From the NCBI GenBank assembly GCA_965197725.1, contig CBDANQ010000053.1, positions 1 to 64,000 of the forward strand: a stretch of DNA of 64,000 nt. The letters are read 5' to 3'. Both the position numbers and the translations under genes were made by a program. Source of the stretch: Longimicrobiales bacterium. GTDB lineage: Bacteria; Gemmatimonadota; Gemmatimonadetes; Longimicrobiales; Gaopeijiaceae. Shown piece by piece: positions 9,408 to 19,804 of the stretch. Numbering within the stretch: position 1 is the stretch's first letter; every line of letters begins with the position of its first letter. Under the pieces are notes generated by a model. It did no database searches. It saw only the letters and a list, made by a program, of their open reading frames with translations, and was not told the DNA's origin.

Positions 9408-10133
9408 ATGAGTCGAGGGACTGCGGCCGGACCCGGTAATCCGGGGAGGCCCAGTGCCGCCACGCTGAACGGCCTGAATCACCGACTAGGACAAGCGGAC
9501 GTGAACGAGATCCTCCGTTGGGCAATCGACACCTTCGAGGAGGGGAAGTTGGCGATCACGACGTCCTTCGGCCCGGCGGGTATTGTGATTCTACATCATC
9601 TTCAATCCGTTGCGCCCGACCTCCCCGTCGTATTCATCGACACGCTTCATCACTTCCCGGAGACCCTGGAACTCGTCGAGCGAATCCGGCAGCGCATGGA
9701 CCTCAATCTGCAGATCTATAGACCGGCTGTGAGCCGGGCCATGTTCGAAACGCTCTACGGTCGCGATCTGCACCGCTCGGACGTGGATCGTTACCAGCGT
9801 CTGACGAAGCAGGAGCCCGCTCTGCGAGCCGCCCGCCCTCTCGAAGCGTGGATCACTGGACGGCGTCGTGAGCAGGCGTCGACGCGGGCGGCACTGCCGA
9901 TCCTGGAGGCCGGAGAACGACTGATCAAGATCAACCCACTGGCTACCTGGAGTCTCGACCAGGTCTGGGCATATCTCATCCTCCACGAGCTCCCCTACAA
10001 CCCGCTTCACGACCAAGGCTACGCCAGTATCGGCGACGAGCCCTTGACGTCCCGCGTCAGCCCTGGCGAGCCGGAGCGAGCCGGACGCTGGCGGGGATCG
10101 GAACGCCTGGAGTGTGGAATGCACGAGGTATGA
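9408..10133 (+). CDS. cysH: Phosphoadenylyl-sulfate (PAPS) reductase
   Basis: TSFG, FIDTLHHFPET, WITGRRREQ, KINPLATW, YNPLHDQGYASIGD, ERAGRW, ECGMH; lacks the CC Fe-S motif of APS reductases. Confidence 0.9.
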   Translation: MSRGTAAGPGNPGRPSAATLNGLNHRLGQADVNEILRWAIDTFEEGKLAITTSFGPAGIVILHHLQSVAPDLPVVFIDTLHHFPETLELVERIRQRMDLNLQIYRPAVSRAMFETLYGRDLHRSDVDRYQRLTKQEPALRAARPLEAWITGRRREQASTRAALPILEAGERLIKINPLATWSLDQVWAYLILHELPYNPLHDQGYASIGDEPLTSRVSPGEPERAGRWRGSERLECGMHEV

Positions 10134-10233
10134 AGACACAGTCCCGGACATACTCCCGCGCCGCCGAGTTAGCGCTTTCTATCCGGTCTACCTGGACCTA
10201 CGGAAACGACAGAGTCTGGTGATCGGCGGTTGA
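10114..10233 (+). pseudogene. cysG: N-terminal fragment of siroheme synthase / precorrin-2 dehydrogenase
   Basis: FYPVYLDLRKRQSLVIGG then TGA. Confidence 0.6.
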
Positions 10234-10345
10234 CGTCCACCACCGCGGTGCCTGCGGCGGCGGGGTCGTGCTCATGGGGCTCAGAGCTCTCGGAAGAATC
10301 TGCCAGAGGCTCCAGAGGGAAGGCGCCTCTGCAGAGACACCCTAG

Positions 10346-10426
10346 CTCGCCACGCCCGCGAACTGGCAGCAGGGCGACGACGTGATCATTTGTCCCTCGG
10401 TCTCCGACGAGGTGGCGAAGGAGAGG
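10346..10426 (+). pseudogene. C-terminal fragment of 1-Cys peroxiredoxin (Prx6 type)
   Basis: LATPANWQQGDDVIICPSVSDEVAKER with no start, preceded by TAG. Confidence 0.65.
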
Positions 10427-10453
10427 CCGGGGGCGGAGAGGCTACGCGGGAAA

Positions 10454-11809
10454 CTAGATTCCCAGAAGGCGCAAGAAGTCGTTCGAGAGGGCCCAGAGCA
10501 TGATGCCGACGACGACTAGAAAGCCGACGTTGCTCCATCGTAGCTTCTGCTCGAGCGAAAGCCCTCGCCCGCCGCGGACCGCTTCGATTCCCAGGAAGAC
10601 CAGATGGCCACCGTCCAGAACGGGGATCGGGAGTAGGTTCAGAACTGCCAGATTAATGCTGAACAGTGCCATGAAGCGGAGGAACGTGTTCATGCCTGCG
10701 GCCGCCGCCTGGCCGGACGCCTCACCGATCGTGACGATGCTGCCCATCGAGCGCGGCGAGATGCCACCGGTGACGAGATCTCTGAGGAAGCCGAGAATCA
10801 TTCGGGTGACGGCGACGGTCTCCCCGTAGCCGAACACGAAGGCGTCCCCGAAGGAGACGGAACGGTAGACCACGTCACCAACTGGCCGGTAAATCCCCGC
10901 CTTCCCCAAAAGTGCTACGGAGCCGTCCAGGCCCCGCCCTTCCGCAGACTCGAGCGTGACCGGACGCATGATCTCCTGCTCGTCGCGCACGATCCCGAGT
11001 TCGACACGCTCGTCGGGTCGAGCTTCGATCAGCCGCACAAACTCGTACCAGTGCTCGACCGGGGTACCCGACACCGAGACGATCCGGTCCCCGGCCTCGA
11101 GCCCCGCCATGTCCGCGGGTGAACCCGGCTCCACTGCGCCGACGCCGGCCTCGAACCAACTCCCCACTGAACCGACGAGATCGCGCCGGTCGGACTCCTC
11201 CCCAGGGATGCGGATCTCGATGAGCATGCGAGGCTCGGCCAGCTCGATCTCGATCGGGCCGGGGTCGGACCGGTAGAGGCCACGCCGCACGTCGCCCCAG
11301 CCGTGGACCTCGGAATCCCCGATTCGTACGAAGCGACTTCCAGCCGGGATTCCCGCGAGATCTCCCGTCCCCGCCGGCAGGGTGCCAGCGCTGACGTGGC
11401 CTACGCGCGTCGTGCTCAGCTCGGCCATGCCCCACTTCGCGGCAACGAAAGTGTACACGCCGAATGCGAAGAACATGTTCATGATCACGCCCGCGGAGAT
11501 CACGAACGCTCTCGCCCAAATCGGCTGCGCGTCGAAGTCACTCGGACCCGGCTCACGGTGCGCCTCGCTTCCACCCTCGAGCCGCTCCATCGCCTCGTCG
11601 TCCATGCCGCCCATCTTCACGTACCCGCCCAGCGGGATCGCGCTCACTACGTATTCGGTCTCACCCCGCTTCACCCCGAAGATCTTGGGGCCCAGCCCGA
11701 TCGAAAACCGTTGCACCGCCACTCCCACCGCCTTCGCTGCGGCAAAGTGGCCCAGCTCGTGCACGAAGATCAGCACACCGAGCACGATGACTGTTGCCAA
11801 TAAAGTCAT
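10454..11809 (-). CDS. rseP: RIP metalloprotease RseP
   Basis: HELGH, PLGGYVKM, PDZ domain, NLLPIPVLDGGH. Confidence 0.95.
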   Translation of the reverse strand: MTLLATVIVLGVLIFVHELGHFAAAKAVGVAVQRFSIGLGPKIFGVKRGETEYVVSAIPLGGYVKMGGMDDEAMERLEGGSEAHREPGPSDFDAQPIWARAFVISAGVIMNMFFAFGVYTFVAAKWGMAELSTTRVGHVSAGTLPAGTGDLAGIPAGSRFVRIGDSEVHGWGDVRRGLYRSDPGPIEIELAEPRMLIEIRIPGEESDRRDLVGSVGSWFEAGVGAVEPGSPADMAGLEAGDRIVSVSGTPVEHWYEFVRLIEARPDERVELGIVRDEQEIMRPVTLESAEGRGLDGSVALLGKAGIYRPVGDVVYRSVSFGDAFVFGYGETVAVTRMILGFLRDLVTGGISPRSMGSIVTIGEASGQAAAAGMNTFLRFMALFSINLAVLNLLPIPVLDGGHLVFLGIEAVRGGRGLSLEQKLRWSNVGFLVVVGIMLWALSNDFLRLLGI

Positions 11810-12978
11810 GAAGTCGTTCCCATTCTTGCCTCACCGAGCCGATGAGCCACCTCGGTGGCCACCGCCCGTGCCGTCCCATCGACGGCTAGCACATCCTCTA
11901 CACTCGTTGGTTGCCCCGCCCCGACTCCTGCGATGGCTTCGCTCACCACATCCGCCATCTCTGGGAACCGAATCCTTCCTTCCAAGAACGCCTGAACCGC
12001 GATCTCGTTCCCGGCGTTGTACGCGGCTGGCGCCGCCCCCCCTTTCACCCCTGCTTCAACGCCGAGGCCAAAGAGCGGAAACGCCGCCTGGTCTATGTCC
12101 TCGAACGTCAGCGGCGACGACCGCACCGGGTCGTACGTCCGTAACACCTCATCTTTCACTCTCTCAGGATAACTCAGTGCATACAGTATCGGCAGTTCCA
12201 TGGTCGGAAACCCGAGCTGCGAGAGCACTGAGCCGTCCACGAACTCCACGAAGGAGTGGATGATCGACTGAGGGTGCACAACCGCATCGATTTGGTCATA
12301 CCCGAGACCGTAGAGGTAGTGCGCCTCGATGACCTCAAGCGCTTTGTTTGCGAGCGTGGCCGAATCGATCGTGATCTTCGCCCCCATGTTCCACGTGGGG
12401 TGCCGCAACGCATCTTCAGGCCGTACGTGCCAGAGATCCTCCCGGTTCCGCCCTCGTAGCGGACCACCGGACGCCGTGAGCACAAGACGCCGGACCGACT
12501 CGGGTCTACTGCCTTCGAGGCACTGCAGGATGGCGCTATGCTCCGAGTCGATCGGCACGATCTGAGAGCCCGCGGTCTCTGCCGCTTGCAAGACGAGCGC
12601 GCCGCCCGCGACCACAGATTCCTTGTTCGCGAGGGCGAGGCGGTGTCCTGCCTCCAGCGCCCTCAGCGTGGGCTCTAGTCCGGCGGCGCCCACCAGCGCG
12701 TTCAGGACCACGTCGACGTCGGGGTCAGCAGCCGCGGAGAGCAGCGCCTGACGGCCCGACTGCCACCGAGTCGGACCGGAGCTCGTTGGGAGCAGGACCG
12801 ATTCGTCCGCTAGCACGGCCCGCCGGGGACAAAACTTCTCCACCTGTGCCCACAGTTCCTCCACCCGGCGGTGCGCCGCCAGGGTGACGAGCTGGAACCG
12901 GTCGGGATGCCGCGCGACGACCTGCAAGGCGCTCTTCCCGATCGATCCGGTGGATCCAAGGATCGCGACCCGGGTCAC
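11806..12978 (-). CDS. dxr: 1-deoxy-D-xylulose-5-phosphate reductoisomerase
   Basis: LGSTGSIG, LANKES, PIDSEH, LTASGGP, HPTWNMGAKITIDSA. Confidence 0.97.
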   Translation of the reverse strand: MTRVAILGSTGSIGKSALQVVARHPDRFQLVTLAAHRRVEELWAQVEKFCPRRAVLADESVLLPTSSGPTRWQSGRQALLSAAADPDVDVVLNALVGAAGLEPTLRALEAGHRLALANKESVVAGGALVLQAAETAGSQIVPIDSEHSAILQCLEGSRPESVRRLVLTASGGPLRGRNREDLWHVRPEDALRHPTWNMGAKITIDSATLANKALEVIEAHYLYGLGYDQIDAVVHPQSIIHSFVEFVDGSVLSQLGFPTMELPILYALSYPERVKDEVLRTYDPVRSSPLTFEDIDQAAFPLFGLGVEAGVKGGAAPAAYNAGNEIAVQAFLEGRIRFPEMADVVSEAIAGVGAGQPTSVEDVLAVDGTARAVATEVAHRLGEARMGTTS

Positions 12979-13862
12979 CGTGTGCTCCCTAGCAGAACTA
13001 GTATCGCGTACGCCATCGGAAGCGTGATGATGAGGGCGTCGAGCCGGTCGAGTACGCCCCCGTGCCCCGGGAAGATCGCGCCCGAATTCTTTACTCCGGC
13101 CTCCCGTTTCAGCAGCGACTCAGCGAAGTCTCCGACCTGGGCTCCCACTCCTAGTGCGGCGCCCACAACAGCCGCTACTGCCACACTTCTGATCGGCACC
13201 CCGGGCAAATATGGTGCAGCCACGAGATGCCATAACCCTGCTCCGGCCGCCGCGCCGATCAGGCCCGCCACCGATCCGAGCCAACTCTTCTTGGGGCTGA
13301 TCGATGGCAGAATCTTGGTTCGACCCCAGGCGGTCCCAGCGAAGAACGCGACTGAGTCCCCGATCCAGGTGCTCGTCAGGGGTAGTGCCACTACTAGCAA
13401 ACCGATCCCCGCCTTCGGAATCACCTCTCCCCACGCATCGATCGTTGGCAGCTCGCGCAGCATGGGTACGAACGCCAGCGATAAACCGACATAGAGCATA
13501 CCGAAGAGCGTGAGGGCGATGGACGAGAGGGGCTGGCGGTCCGCTCCCCGCACGATCGCCGCGAGCAACGCGAAGAACGCGACCGCTACCACGACCGTCA
13601 GGGCCCAAGGGGCAAAGGCCGTGAAGCTGGGGTATGCCGCGGCGAGGAGTACGAGCCCGGCCGCGGCGGCGGCGCCGAGCCAACGGAACGGGCGCGTGCC
13701 TTTTTGCTCGGCCAAGCGGTACGTCTCCATCGCTCCAAGTCCGGCGAGTATCGCGACGGGTACAGCCAACACCCAGCCGCCCATGTAAAGCAGCCCAAGA
13801 ACTACCGGGACTCCGACGATCGCAACGGCCCACCGCCGCCCGAGCTCGTTCCCTGAGTTCAC
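12975..13862 (-). CDS. cdsA: Phosphatidate cytidylyltransferase
   Basis: ISPKKSW, GDFAESLLKR, PGHGGVLDRLD. Confidence 0.95.
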   Translation of the reverse strand: MNSGNELGRRWAVAIVGVPVVLGLLYMGGWVLAVPVAILAGLGAMETYRLAEQKGTRPFRWLGAAAAAGLVLLAAAYPSFTAFAPWALTVVVAVAFFALLAAIVRGADRQPLSSIALTLFGMLYVGLSLAFVPMLRELPTIDAWGEVIPKAGIGLLVVALPLTSTWIGDSVAFFAGTAWGRTKILPSISPKKSWLGSVAGLIGAAAGAGLWHLVAAPYLPGVPIRSVAVAAVVGAALGVGAQVGDFAESLLKREAGVKNSGAIFPGHGGVLDRLDALIITLPMAYAILVLLGSTR

Positions 13863-14602
13863 GTCGCTTCTACGCGACCGAACCGGCGTTCACGCCGCTG
13901 GTACTCCAGCACCGCCTCGAAAAGGCTCTCGCGATCAAAGTCGGGCCAGAGGACGTGGGATATGTGGAGCTCCGTATACGCCAGCTGCCAGAGCATGAAG
14001 TTGCTCAGTCGGTACTCTCCCGACGTGCGGATGAGCAAGTCGGGGTCCGGCAGTCCAGCCGTGAAGAGCGTGGAACTCAACGCCTCGTCGTCAATCTCCT
14101 CCGGCAACAGCTCACCCCGCGCGACGCGTCCGGTCAGAATGCGTGCCGAGCGGATGATCTCCTCCCTGCCCCCGTAGGAGATCATCAGGTTGAGGCGGAG
14201 CTCGGTGCCCCCCAAAGTGCCGCGGACGATCGTGTCCACCGCGCGCCGGGTTCGATCGTCGATCCGATCCAGATCCCCCAACACGTGCACCTCGACGCCC
14301 TGCTTCTTGAGCTCGTCCCGCTCCCTGCGGGCGTACAGCTGCAGCAGCGACATCAGCGCGGACACTTCCTGCTGCGGCCGATTCCAATTCTCGGTCGAAA
14401 ACGCAAAGAGCGTGAGGGCCTCGATGCCTGCCTCGAGGGCACCTTCGATCGTTTCGCGCACCGACTTCATGCCTTCCCGATGCCCGAGGTGCCGCGGCAA
14501 GGACCGCTGGCGAGCCCAGCGCCCGTTCCCGTCCATGATAACGGCGCCGTGCCGCGGCACGTCCCCGCTCAAACGAATGCGATCGAGGCGGTGCGAGGAC
14601 AC
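13859..14602 (-). CDS. uppS: Undecaprenyl diphosphate synthase
   Basis: IMDGNGRWA, FSTENWNRP, PDLLIRTSGE, RLSNFMLWQ. Confidence 0.97.
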   Translation of the reverse strand: MSSHRLDRIRLSGDVPRHGAVIMDGNGRWARQRSLPRHLGHREGMKSVRETIEGALEAGIEALTLFAFSTENWNRPQQEVSALMSLLQLYARRERDELKKQGVEVHVLGDLDRIDDRTRRAVDTIVRGTLGGTELRLNLMISYGGREEIIRSARILTGRVARGELLPEEIDDEALSSTLFTAGLPDPDLLIRTSGEYRLSNFMLWQLAYTELHISHVLWPDFDRESLFEAVLEYQRRERRFGRVEAT

Positions 14603-14629
14603 TTAGACGGCCGACTAGTAGATGGCCGA

Positions 14630-15184
14630 CTAGATGGCCATCACCTCTTCTGCTTTGTGCTTCATCAGCTCGTCGATCTTGTCGCCGTACTGGTGTGTCA
14701 GCTTTTCGAGCGCGTCCTCGCGTCGACGTCCCTCGTCCTCACCGAGCTCGTGTTCCTTCACGAGCTCGTGGATCTCCTCCCGCACGATGCGACGGGAGTG
14801 CCGTAACGAGACACGCCCCTCCTCCGCCATCTTGTGCAGGAGCTTCACGTATTCCTTCCGACGCTCTTCGTTGAGCGGCGGAATCGGAATCCGGATGATG
14901 TTGCCGTCGTTGGCCGGATTGAGCCCCAGATCCGCCGCCATGATCGCCCGCTCGATGTCTGCGAGCAGGGTCTTGTCGAACGGCTGCACTACGAGCAGAC
15001 TCGGCTCGGGAGTGTTCACGGTGGCGAGTTGATTGATGGGCATCTTCGAGCCGTAGGCGTCGACCCGTACGCTCTCGAGGAGCGCCGGCGTAGCCTTCCC
15101 CGTGCGTACGGTTGCGAACTCACGTCGGAGAGCGTCGAGCGCCGCCTCCATGCGCTTCCTTGCATCCTCGACGGTCGGCATCAC
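14630..15184 (-). CDS. frr: Ribosome recycling factor
   Basis: VRTGKATP, DLGLNP, PPLNEERRKE. Confidence 0.97.
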   Translation of the reverse strand: MMPTVEDARKRMEAALDALRREFATVRTGKATPALLESVRVDAYGSKMPINQLATVNTPEPSLLVVQPFDKTLLADIERAIMAADLGLNPANDGNIIRIPIPPLNEERRKEYVKLLHKMAEEGRVSLRHSRRIVREEIHELVKEHELGEDEGRRREDALEKLTHQYGDKIDELMKHKAEEVMAI

Positions 15185-15217
15185 AACCTCCGGAAACTGT
15201 GAACGAGCGTTGATCTG

Positions 15218-15943
15218 CTAGGATACAAGGGTTCCCACGTGCTCACCACGGATCGCACCCGCGACTGCGCCGCGGTTCTCGAGGTTGAGCACGATGATCG
15301 GGAGGCCGTTCTCCTTGCAAAGCGACACGGCCGCCGCATCCATCACGGCGAGTTCGCGGCTCACTATCTCTTGGAACGTGATGTTCGGGATGAACTCGGC
15401 GTTGGGGTTCTTCACCGGGTCGGCAGCATACACGCCCTGCACCTTCGTGGCCTTGATGACCACGTCGGATCCCATCTCGATCGCCCGCAGCACTGCGGCG
15501 GTATCGGTGGAGAAGTACGGGTTCCCAGTGCCTCCAGCGAACAGTACGACGCGGTCCTTCTCCATGTGCCGCAATGCCCGCCGCCGGATATACGGCTCTG
15601 CGATCTCCTCCATCCGGATCGCGGTCATGACCCGAGTCTCCACGCCTTTGTGCTCCAGGAGGTCCTGAACCGCCAGCGCGTTGATGATGGTGGAAAGCAT
15701 GCCCATGTAGTCCGCCTGAACACGGTCCATCCCTTCCTTGGACGCCATCGCTCCGCGCACGATGTTGCCGCCTCCGATCACGACGCCCAGCGTCACGCCC
15801 ATCTCCACGATGGATCGGATTTCGTCTGTGAGCTGGTCGACGACGGAGGGATCGATCCCGAAGCCACCATCTCCGGCGAGCGCCTCACCGGACAGCTTGA
15901 GAAGCACTCGCTTGTATCGAAGCTGTGGAGCCGCGTCGCTCAT
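15218..15943 (-). CDS. pyrH: UMP kinase
   Basis: RVLLKLSGEAL, GGGNI, DYMGML, GTGNPYFSTD. Confidence 0.97.
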   Translation of the reverse strand: MSDAAPQLRYKRVLLKLSGEALAGDGGFGIDPSVVDQLTDEIRSIVEMGVTLGVVIGGGNIVRGAMASKEGMDRVQADYMGMLSTIINALAVQDLLEHKGVETRVMTAIRMEEIAEPYIRRRALRHMEKDRVVLFAGGTGNPYFSTDTAAVLRAIEMGSDVVIKATKVQGVYAADPVKNPNAEFIPNITFQEIVSRELAVMDAAAVSLCKENGLPIIVLNLENRGAVAGAIRGEHVGTLVS

Positions 15944-15959
15944 CGCTTCCGCCTTCTCG

Positions 15960-16571
15960 CTATCGGTTCTCGCCAACCTTCATGCGGCAGAAGCGCGCCA
16001 CCTCGATCTTCTCACCCGTGCGGGCGGAAACCTCTGTGATCAGCTCCTCGATCGTCTTATCGGAGTCCTTCACGAAGGGCTGCGCCATGAGCGTGCTCTG
16101 CTTGAAGAACTTGTTCAACTTACCCTCGACGATCCTGTCGGCGATGCTATCGGGTTTGCCCTCCTGCTTCACCTGCTCGAGGTACACCGCGTGCTCGCGC
16201 TCGATGACCTCAGCCGGAATGTCGTCAGAAGAAACCGCCAACGGCACCATCGACGCAACATGCAGCGCGAGATCCTTCGCGAGGGCCTTGAAGTCGTCCG
16301 TGTTGGCGACGAAGTCGGTCTCACAGTTGAGCTCGACGATGACCGCGGTCCGGCTGTCGAAGTGAACGTAGCTGCCGATGGTCCCCTCGTTGGCCGACTT
16401 CTCGGATCGCTTCGCCGCCTTGGCGGCCCCCTTGGCCCGCAGCAGATCAACCGCCTTATCAAGGTCGCCATCCATCTCCGCTAGCGCCCTCTTGCAGTCC
16501 ATCATCCCCGCGCCGGTCATGTCGCGGAGCTTCTTCACATCCTTCGCGCTGACCATCGTCTTATCGCTCAT
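15960..16571 (-). CDS. tsf: Translation elongation factor Ts (short form)
   Basis: LRDMTGAGMMDCK, ELNCETDFVA. Confidence 0.97.
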   Translation of the reverse strand: MSDKTMVSAKDVKKLRDMTGAGMMDCKRALAEMDGDLDKAVDLLRAKGAAKAAKRSEKSANEGTIGSYVHFDSRTAVIVELNCETDFVANTDDFKALAKDLALHVASMVPLAVSSDDIPAEVIEREHAVYLEQVKQEGKPDSIADRIVEGKLNKFFKQSTLMAQPFVKDSDKTIEELITEVSARTGEKIEVARFCRMKVGENR

Positions 16572-16702
16572 CGTGCCATTTTCATCATTCAGGGCTGAAA
16601 AAAGAGGCGGAGCGGACCGGGACTTCCGGTGCCTCTGCCGCCTCTCACCGGTCCTGCGGATGCCAGAACCCGGCCGGGAATGCCACCGGCCGCGAGGCTG
16701 GA

Positions 16703-17776
16703 CTATCCCTCGGCCTCCGCAGACTCCTCGGTCTGCTCGTCCCCCACCGTCTTCGCATCCGCATCGGGCTCCTCGGCAGGCGCTTGGGTCGCGCCGTCCT
16801 CCGACGCTGCTTCCTCTGCCGCGGCTTCCGGAGGATGCTCTACCGCTGCTTCCTCTGCTGCGGCCTCCTGGGCCTCGTCCACGTCCGTTTCGGGCACCCT
16901 CTCGTCCTGCGAGGAATCGGCCTCATCGGCGCCCCCCTCTCCGTCCTTCAGCTGTGCGATCGCCTCGGGGCGCGGACGCCGCTTGCGACGTGGACGTCTG
17001 CGCTGCGGGGCCTGACCTTCAGTCGTCTCTCCCGTTTCGGTCGAGTACACCGTCGCCGCCAAATCATCGATCCGGCGGCGTTCCTCGTCCGGAACCTCCT
17101 TGCGCGCGACCTCGATCGTATCAGCGATCGCCTTGGCGATCAGGCTGACCGAGCGGATGGCGTCGTCGTTGCCCGGGATCGGGTAGTCGACGAGGTCGGG
17201 ATCGGCATTCGTATCGGTGATCGCAATGATCGGAATACCGAGCTTGGCAGCCTCACGAACCGCGATCATCTCTCGCTTGGCGTCGACGATGAAGATCGCG
17301 CCAGGCAAGCGGCTCATGTCCTTCACGCCCACAAGGTACTTGTCGAGTTTGATGCGCTCTCGATCCAGAACGAGCCGCTCTTTCTTCGTGTAGAACTCGA
17401 AAGCGTTCTCTTCCTGGCCTCGCTCGAGCTCCTTGAGCCGGCGAATCTGTTTCCGGATCGTCTGGAAGTTGGTGAGCATGCCGCCGAGCCAGCGTTCGGT
17501 CACATAGAACGCCCCGCAACGCTCGCCTTCCTGCTGGACGATGGACCGAAGCTGTTTCTTCGTGCACACGAAGAGGACTCGGTCCCCGCGCAGCACGACC
17601 TCGCGAATGGACTGCTGCGCGATCCTGAGCCGATCGAGCGTCTTGCGCAGGTCGATGATATGGATGCCGTTGCGCTCGGTGAAGATGAAGGGCTTCATCT
17701 TCGGGTTCCAACGGCGCGTCTGGTGACCGAAGTGTACTCCGGCCTCCAGGAGTTGGTTGAGGCCTACCTCAGACAT
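16703..17776 (-). CDS. rpsB: 30S ribosomal protein S2 with long acidic C-terminal tail
   Basis: [36 protein letters not shown]. Confidence 0.97.
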   Translation of the reverse strand: MSEVGLNQLLEAGVHFGHQTRRWNPKMKPFIFTERNGIHIIDLRKTLDRLRIAQQSIREVVLRGDRVLFVCTKKQLRSIVQQEGERCGAFYVTERWLGGMLTNFQTIRKQIRRLKELERGQEENAFEFYTKKERLVLDRERIKLDKYLVGVKDMSRLPGAIFIVDAKREMIAVREAAKLGIPIIAITDTNADPDLVDYPIPGNDDAIRSVSLIAKAIADTIEVARKEVPDEERRRIDDLAATVYSTETGETTEGQAPQRRRPRRKRRPRPEAIAQLKDGEGGADEADSSQDERVPETDVDEAQEAAAEEAAVEHPPEAAAEEAASEDGATQAPAEEPDADAKTVGDEQTEESAEAEG

Positions 17777-17852
17777 TTCGCCATCTCTTTTTATGGGGCC
17801 GATTGATTACGCCCCGATCAGGATGTCAGGGCATTGGCACGCCCTGAGTACT

Positions 17853-18254
17853 TCAGCGCTTCGAGAACTGGAAGCGCTTTCGGGCTTTCGGCTGGCCGGG
17901 CTTCTTGCGCTCCACCTGACGCGCGTCCCGGGTGAGCATGCCCTTCTCACGGAGGACCGGGCGCAGCTCCTCGTCGTGTTGCACGATCGCACGCGCCAGC
18001 CCCATGCGCACCGCGTCGGACTGCCCCGTGAGGCCGCCCCCGTGGACGCGGATGGTAACGTCGAACTGCCCCTCGAGATCCGCGATCTTGAACGGCTCTT
18101 GCACGCGGATCTGGTGCGTTGGACGGGGGAAGTAGTCGGCCATCTCACGACCGTTGACCTGCCATTCGCCGGCGCCCGGGCGCAGAATCACCCGCGCGAC
18201 GGACCTCTTGCGGCGTCCCACCGTCTGAATCTGGTTCTTGACTTCGCCTGCCAT
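17853..18254 (-). CDS. rpsI: 30S ribosomal protein S9
   Basis: GRRKRSVARV, GGGLTGQ, ERKKPG, QFSKR. Confidence 0.97.
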   Translation of the reverse strand: MAGEVKNQIQTVGRRKRSVARVILRPGAGEWQVNGREMADYFPRPTHQIRVQEPFKIADLEGQFDVTIRVHGGGLTGQSDAVRMGLARAIVQHDEELRPVLREKGMLTRDARQVERKKPGQPKARKRFQFSKR

Positions 18255-18271
18255 ATCGCTCGGATCCCTCT

Positions 18272-18700
18272 TCAGATGTCCAGGGGCTCGGGCCGCTGGC
18301 CCTGATGGGGATGATCCGCGCCCGCGTAAACCTTCAGTTTCTTTCTTATCGTCCGACCGAGAGCGTTCTTCGGCAGCATGCCTTTGACCGCGAGCTCGAT
18401 CACCCGCTCCGGGCGCGTCTCGATCATGCGGCGGAAGGGAATGTGCTTTTCGCCACCCATATAACCCGAGTGGCGGAAGTACGTCTTCTGATCGGACTTA
18501 TTCCCGGTGAGCACCACCTTCTCGGCGTTGACGACCACCACGTTGTCACCCACGTCCAGGTGAGGGGTGTACATCGGCTTATGTTTGCCTCGAAGAATCA
18601 CGGCGATCTGGGTGGCGAGTCGTCCGAGCGGCCTGTCGGTCGCGTCGACGACCCACCAGTGGTGCGTGATTTCTCCAGCTTTTGGCGTATACGTTCTCAT
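18272..18700 (-). CDS. rplM: 50S ribosomal protein L13
   Basis: LGRLA, LRGKHKP, GMLPKN, KLKVYAG. Confidence 0.97.
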   Translation of the reverse strand: MRTYTPKAGEITHHWWVVDATDRPLGRLATQIAVILRGKHKPMYTPHLDVGDNVVVVNAEKVVLTGNKSDQKTYFRHSGYMGGEKHIPFRRMIETRPERVIELAVKGMLPKNALGRTIRKKLKVYAGADHPHQGQRPEPLDI

Positions 18701-18705
18701 GCCCA

Positions 18706-19683
18706 CTATCGACAAAAGGGCGATTTCAAAACAGAGCCATAAATGATATCTGGGAGCCAGATGGGTGTCAACGGGCGTTTGGCCTTGTAGGACGGGCCTT
18801 TCAGAGGGGTCGCAGGGTGACCAGCCCGCACGTACATGAAGGTCTCGAGGAACCTTGCCCGCGAGGCATGGCGCAGCCGAACCAACGCCTTTTCCTTGAT
18901 CTGCCGCACCCGCTCGCGGGTGATGCCGAGGATGGTTCCGATTTGCTCGAGTGTCATCGGCTCTTGATCGTCCAGCCCGAAGTACAGCCGCAGGATCTTC
19001 GCTTCGCGTTCCTTGAGCGTACCCAGCGCTTCCTCGACGGTATTCTTGAGCGCGGCGGAGTACGCCTCGTCCTCGGGACCGGGCGAGTACTGGTCGGGGA
19101 GATAGTCGAGCAGACGACTGTCTTCCCCAGGCGTCATCGGGGCGTCCAGCGACAGGTGTGACTGCGAGATCGCGAGCGTCCGCTCGACCTCTTCCTGCGT
19201 GATGTCGAGGTCTTCGGCGATTTCCTCGACGGTGGGTTCCCTGCCGAACTCCTGGAGCAGCGTCGAGCTCCGGCGGCCAATACGGTGAAGGGCCCCGGCA
19301 CGATTGAGGGGCACGCGTACGATCCGGCTCTGCTCGGCCAGCGCCTGGAGGATCGCCTGCCTACTCCACCAGACAGCGTAGCTGATGAACTTGATGCCCT
19401 TGGTTTCGTCGAACTTATGGGCGGCCCTGATCAGCCCCAGGTTTCCCTCGTTGATCAGGTCGGAGAGAGGGACGCCTTGGTTCTGGTACTTCTTGGCGAC
19501 CGACACGACGAAGCGAAGGTTGGAACGCACGAGCTTGTTGAGGGCTTCCTCCTCGCCGACCCGGATCAGCTTGGCGAGTCGTGCTTCCTCTGCTCTGTCG
19601 ATCAGCGGATAGCGGCTAATCTCTTTCAGGTACTGATCCAGCGAGCCTTCCTTGAAGGAACCGCGTCGGGCGGGGAAGGTCAT
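18706..19683 (-). CDS. RpoD/SigA-family RNA polymerase sigma factor (short, no region 1.1)
   Basis: [47 protein letters not shown]. Confidence 0.92.
   Translation of the reverse strand: MTFPARRGSFKEGSLDQYLKEISRYPLIDRAEEARLAKLIRVGEEEALNKLVRSNLRFVVSVAKKYQNQGVPLSDLINEGNLGLIRAAHKFDETKGIKFISYAVWWSRQAILQALAEQSRIVRVPLNRAGALHRIGRRSSTLLQEFGREPTVEEIAEDLDITQEEVERTLAISQSHLSLDAPMTPGEDSRLLDYLPDQYSPGPEDEAYSAALKNTVEEALGTLKEREAKILRLYFGLDDQEPMTLEQIGTILGITRERVRQIKEKALVRLRHASRARFLETFMYVRAGHPATPLKGPSYKAKRPLTPIWLPDIIYGSVLKSPFCR
18743..18771 (-). promoter_or_regulatory. sigma70 promoter of the rplM operon (TTGACA-17-TATCAT)
   Basis: Near-consensus hexamers with 17-nt spacer upstream of rplM. Confidence 0.75.
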
Positions 19684-19804
19684 TTGCTGGGCGGTGAGAG
19701 GTCTCTGAAGGAGCGGGCGGCCTCGACGGACCGGAGCAAGCCAGCCGACGAGGGAGTAGAATCGGACGCGGTCGAGTCTCGCGCAACCTGGCCCCGGCAG
19801 CTTT

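Noticed and set aside
16703..17050. Long acidic tail on S2 and short EF-Ts as novelties
   Set aside because: Both variants are common in several bacterial phyla
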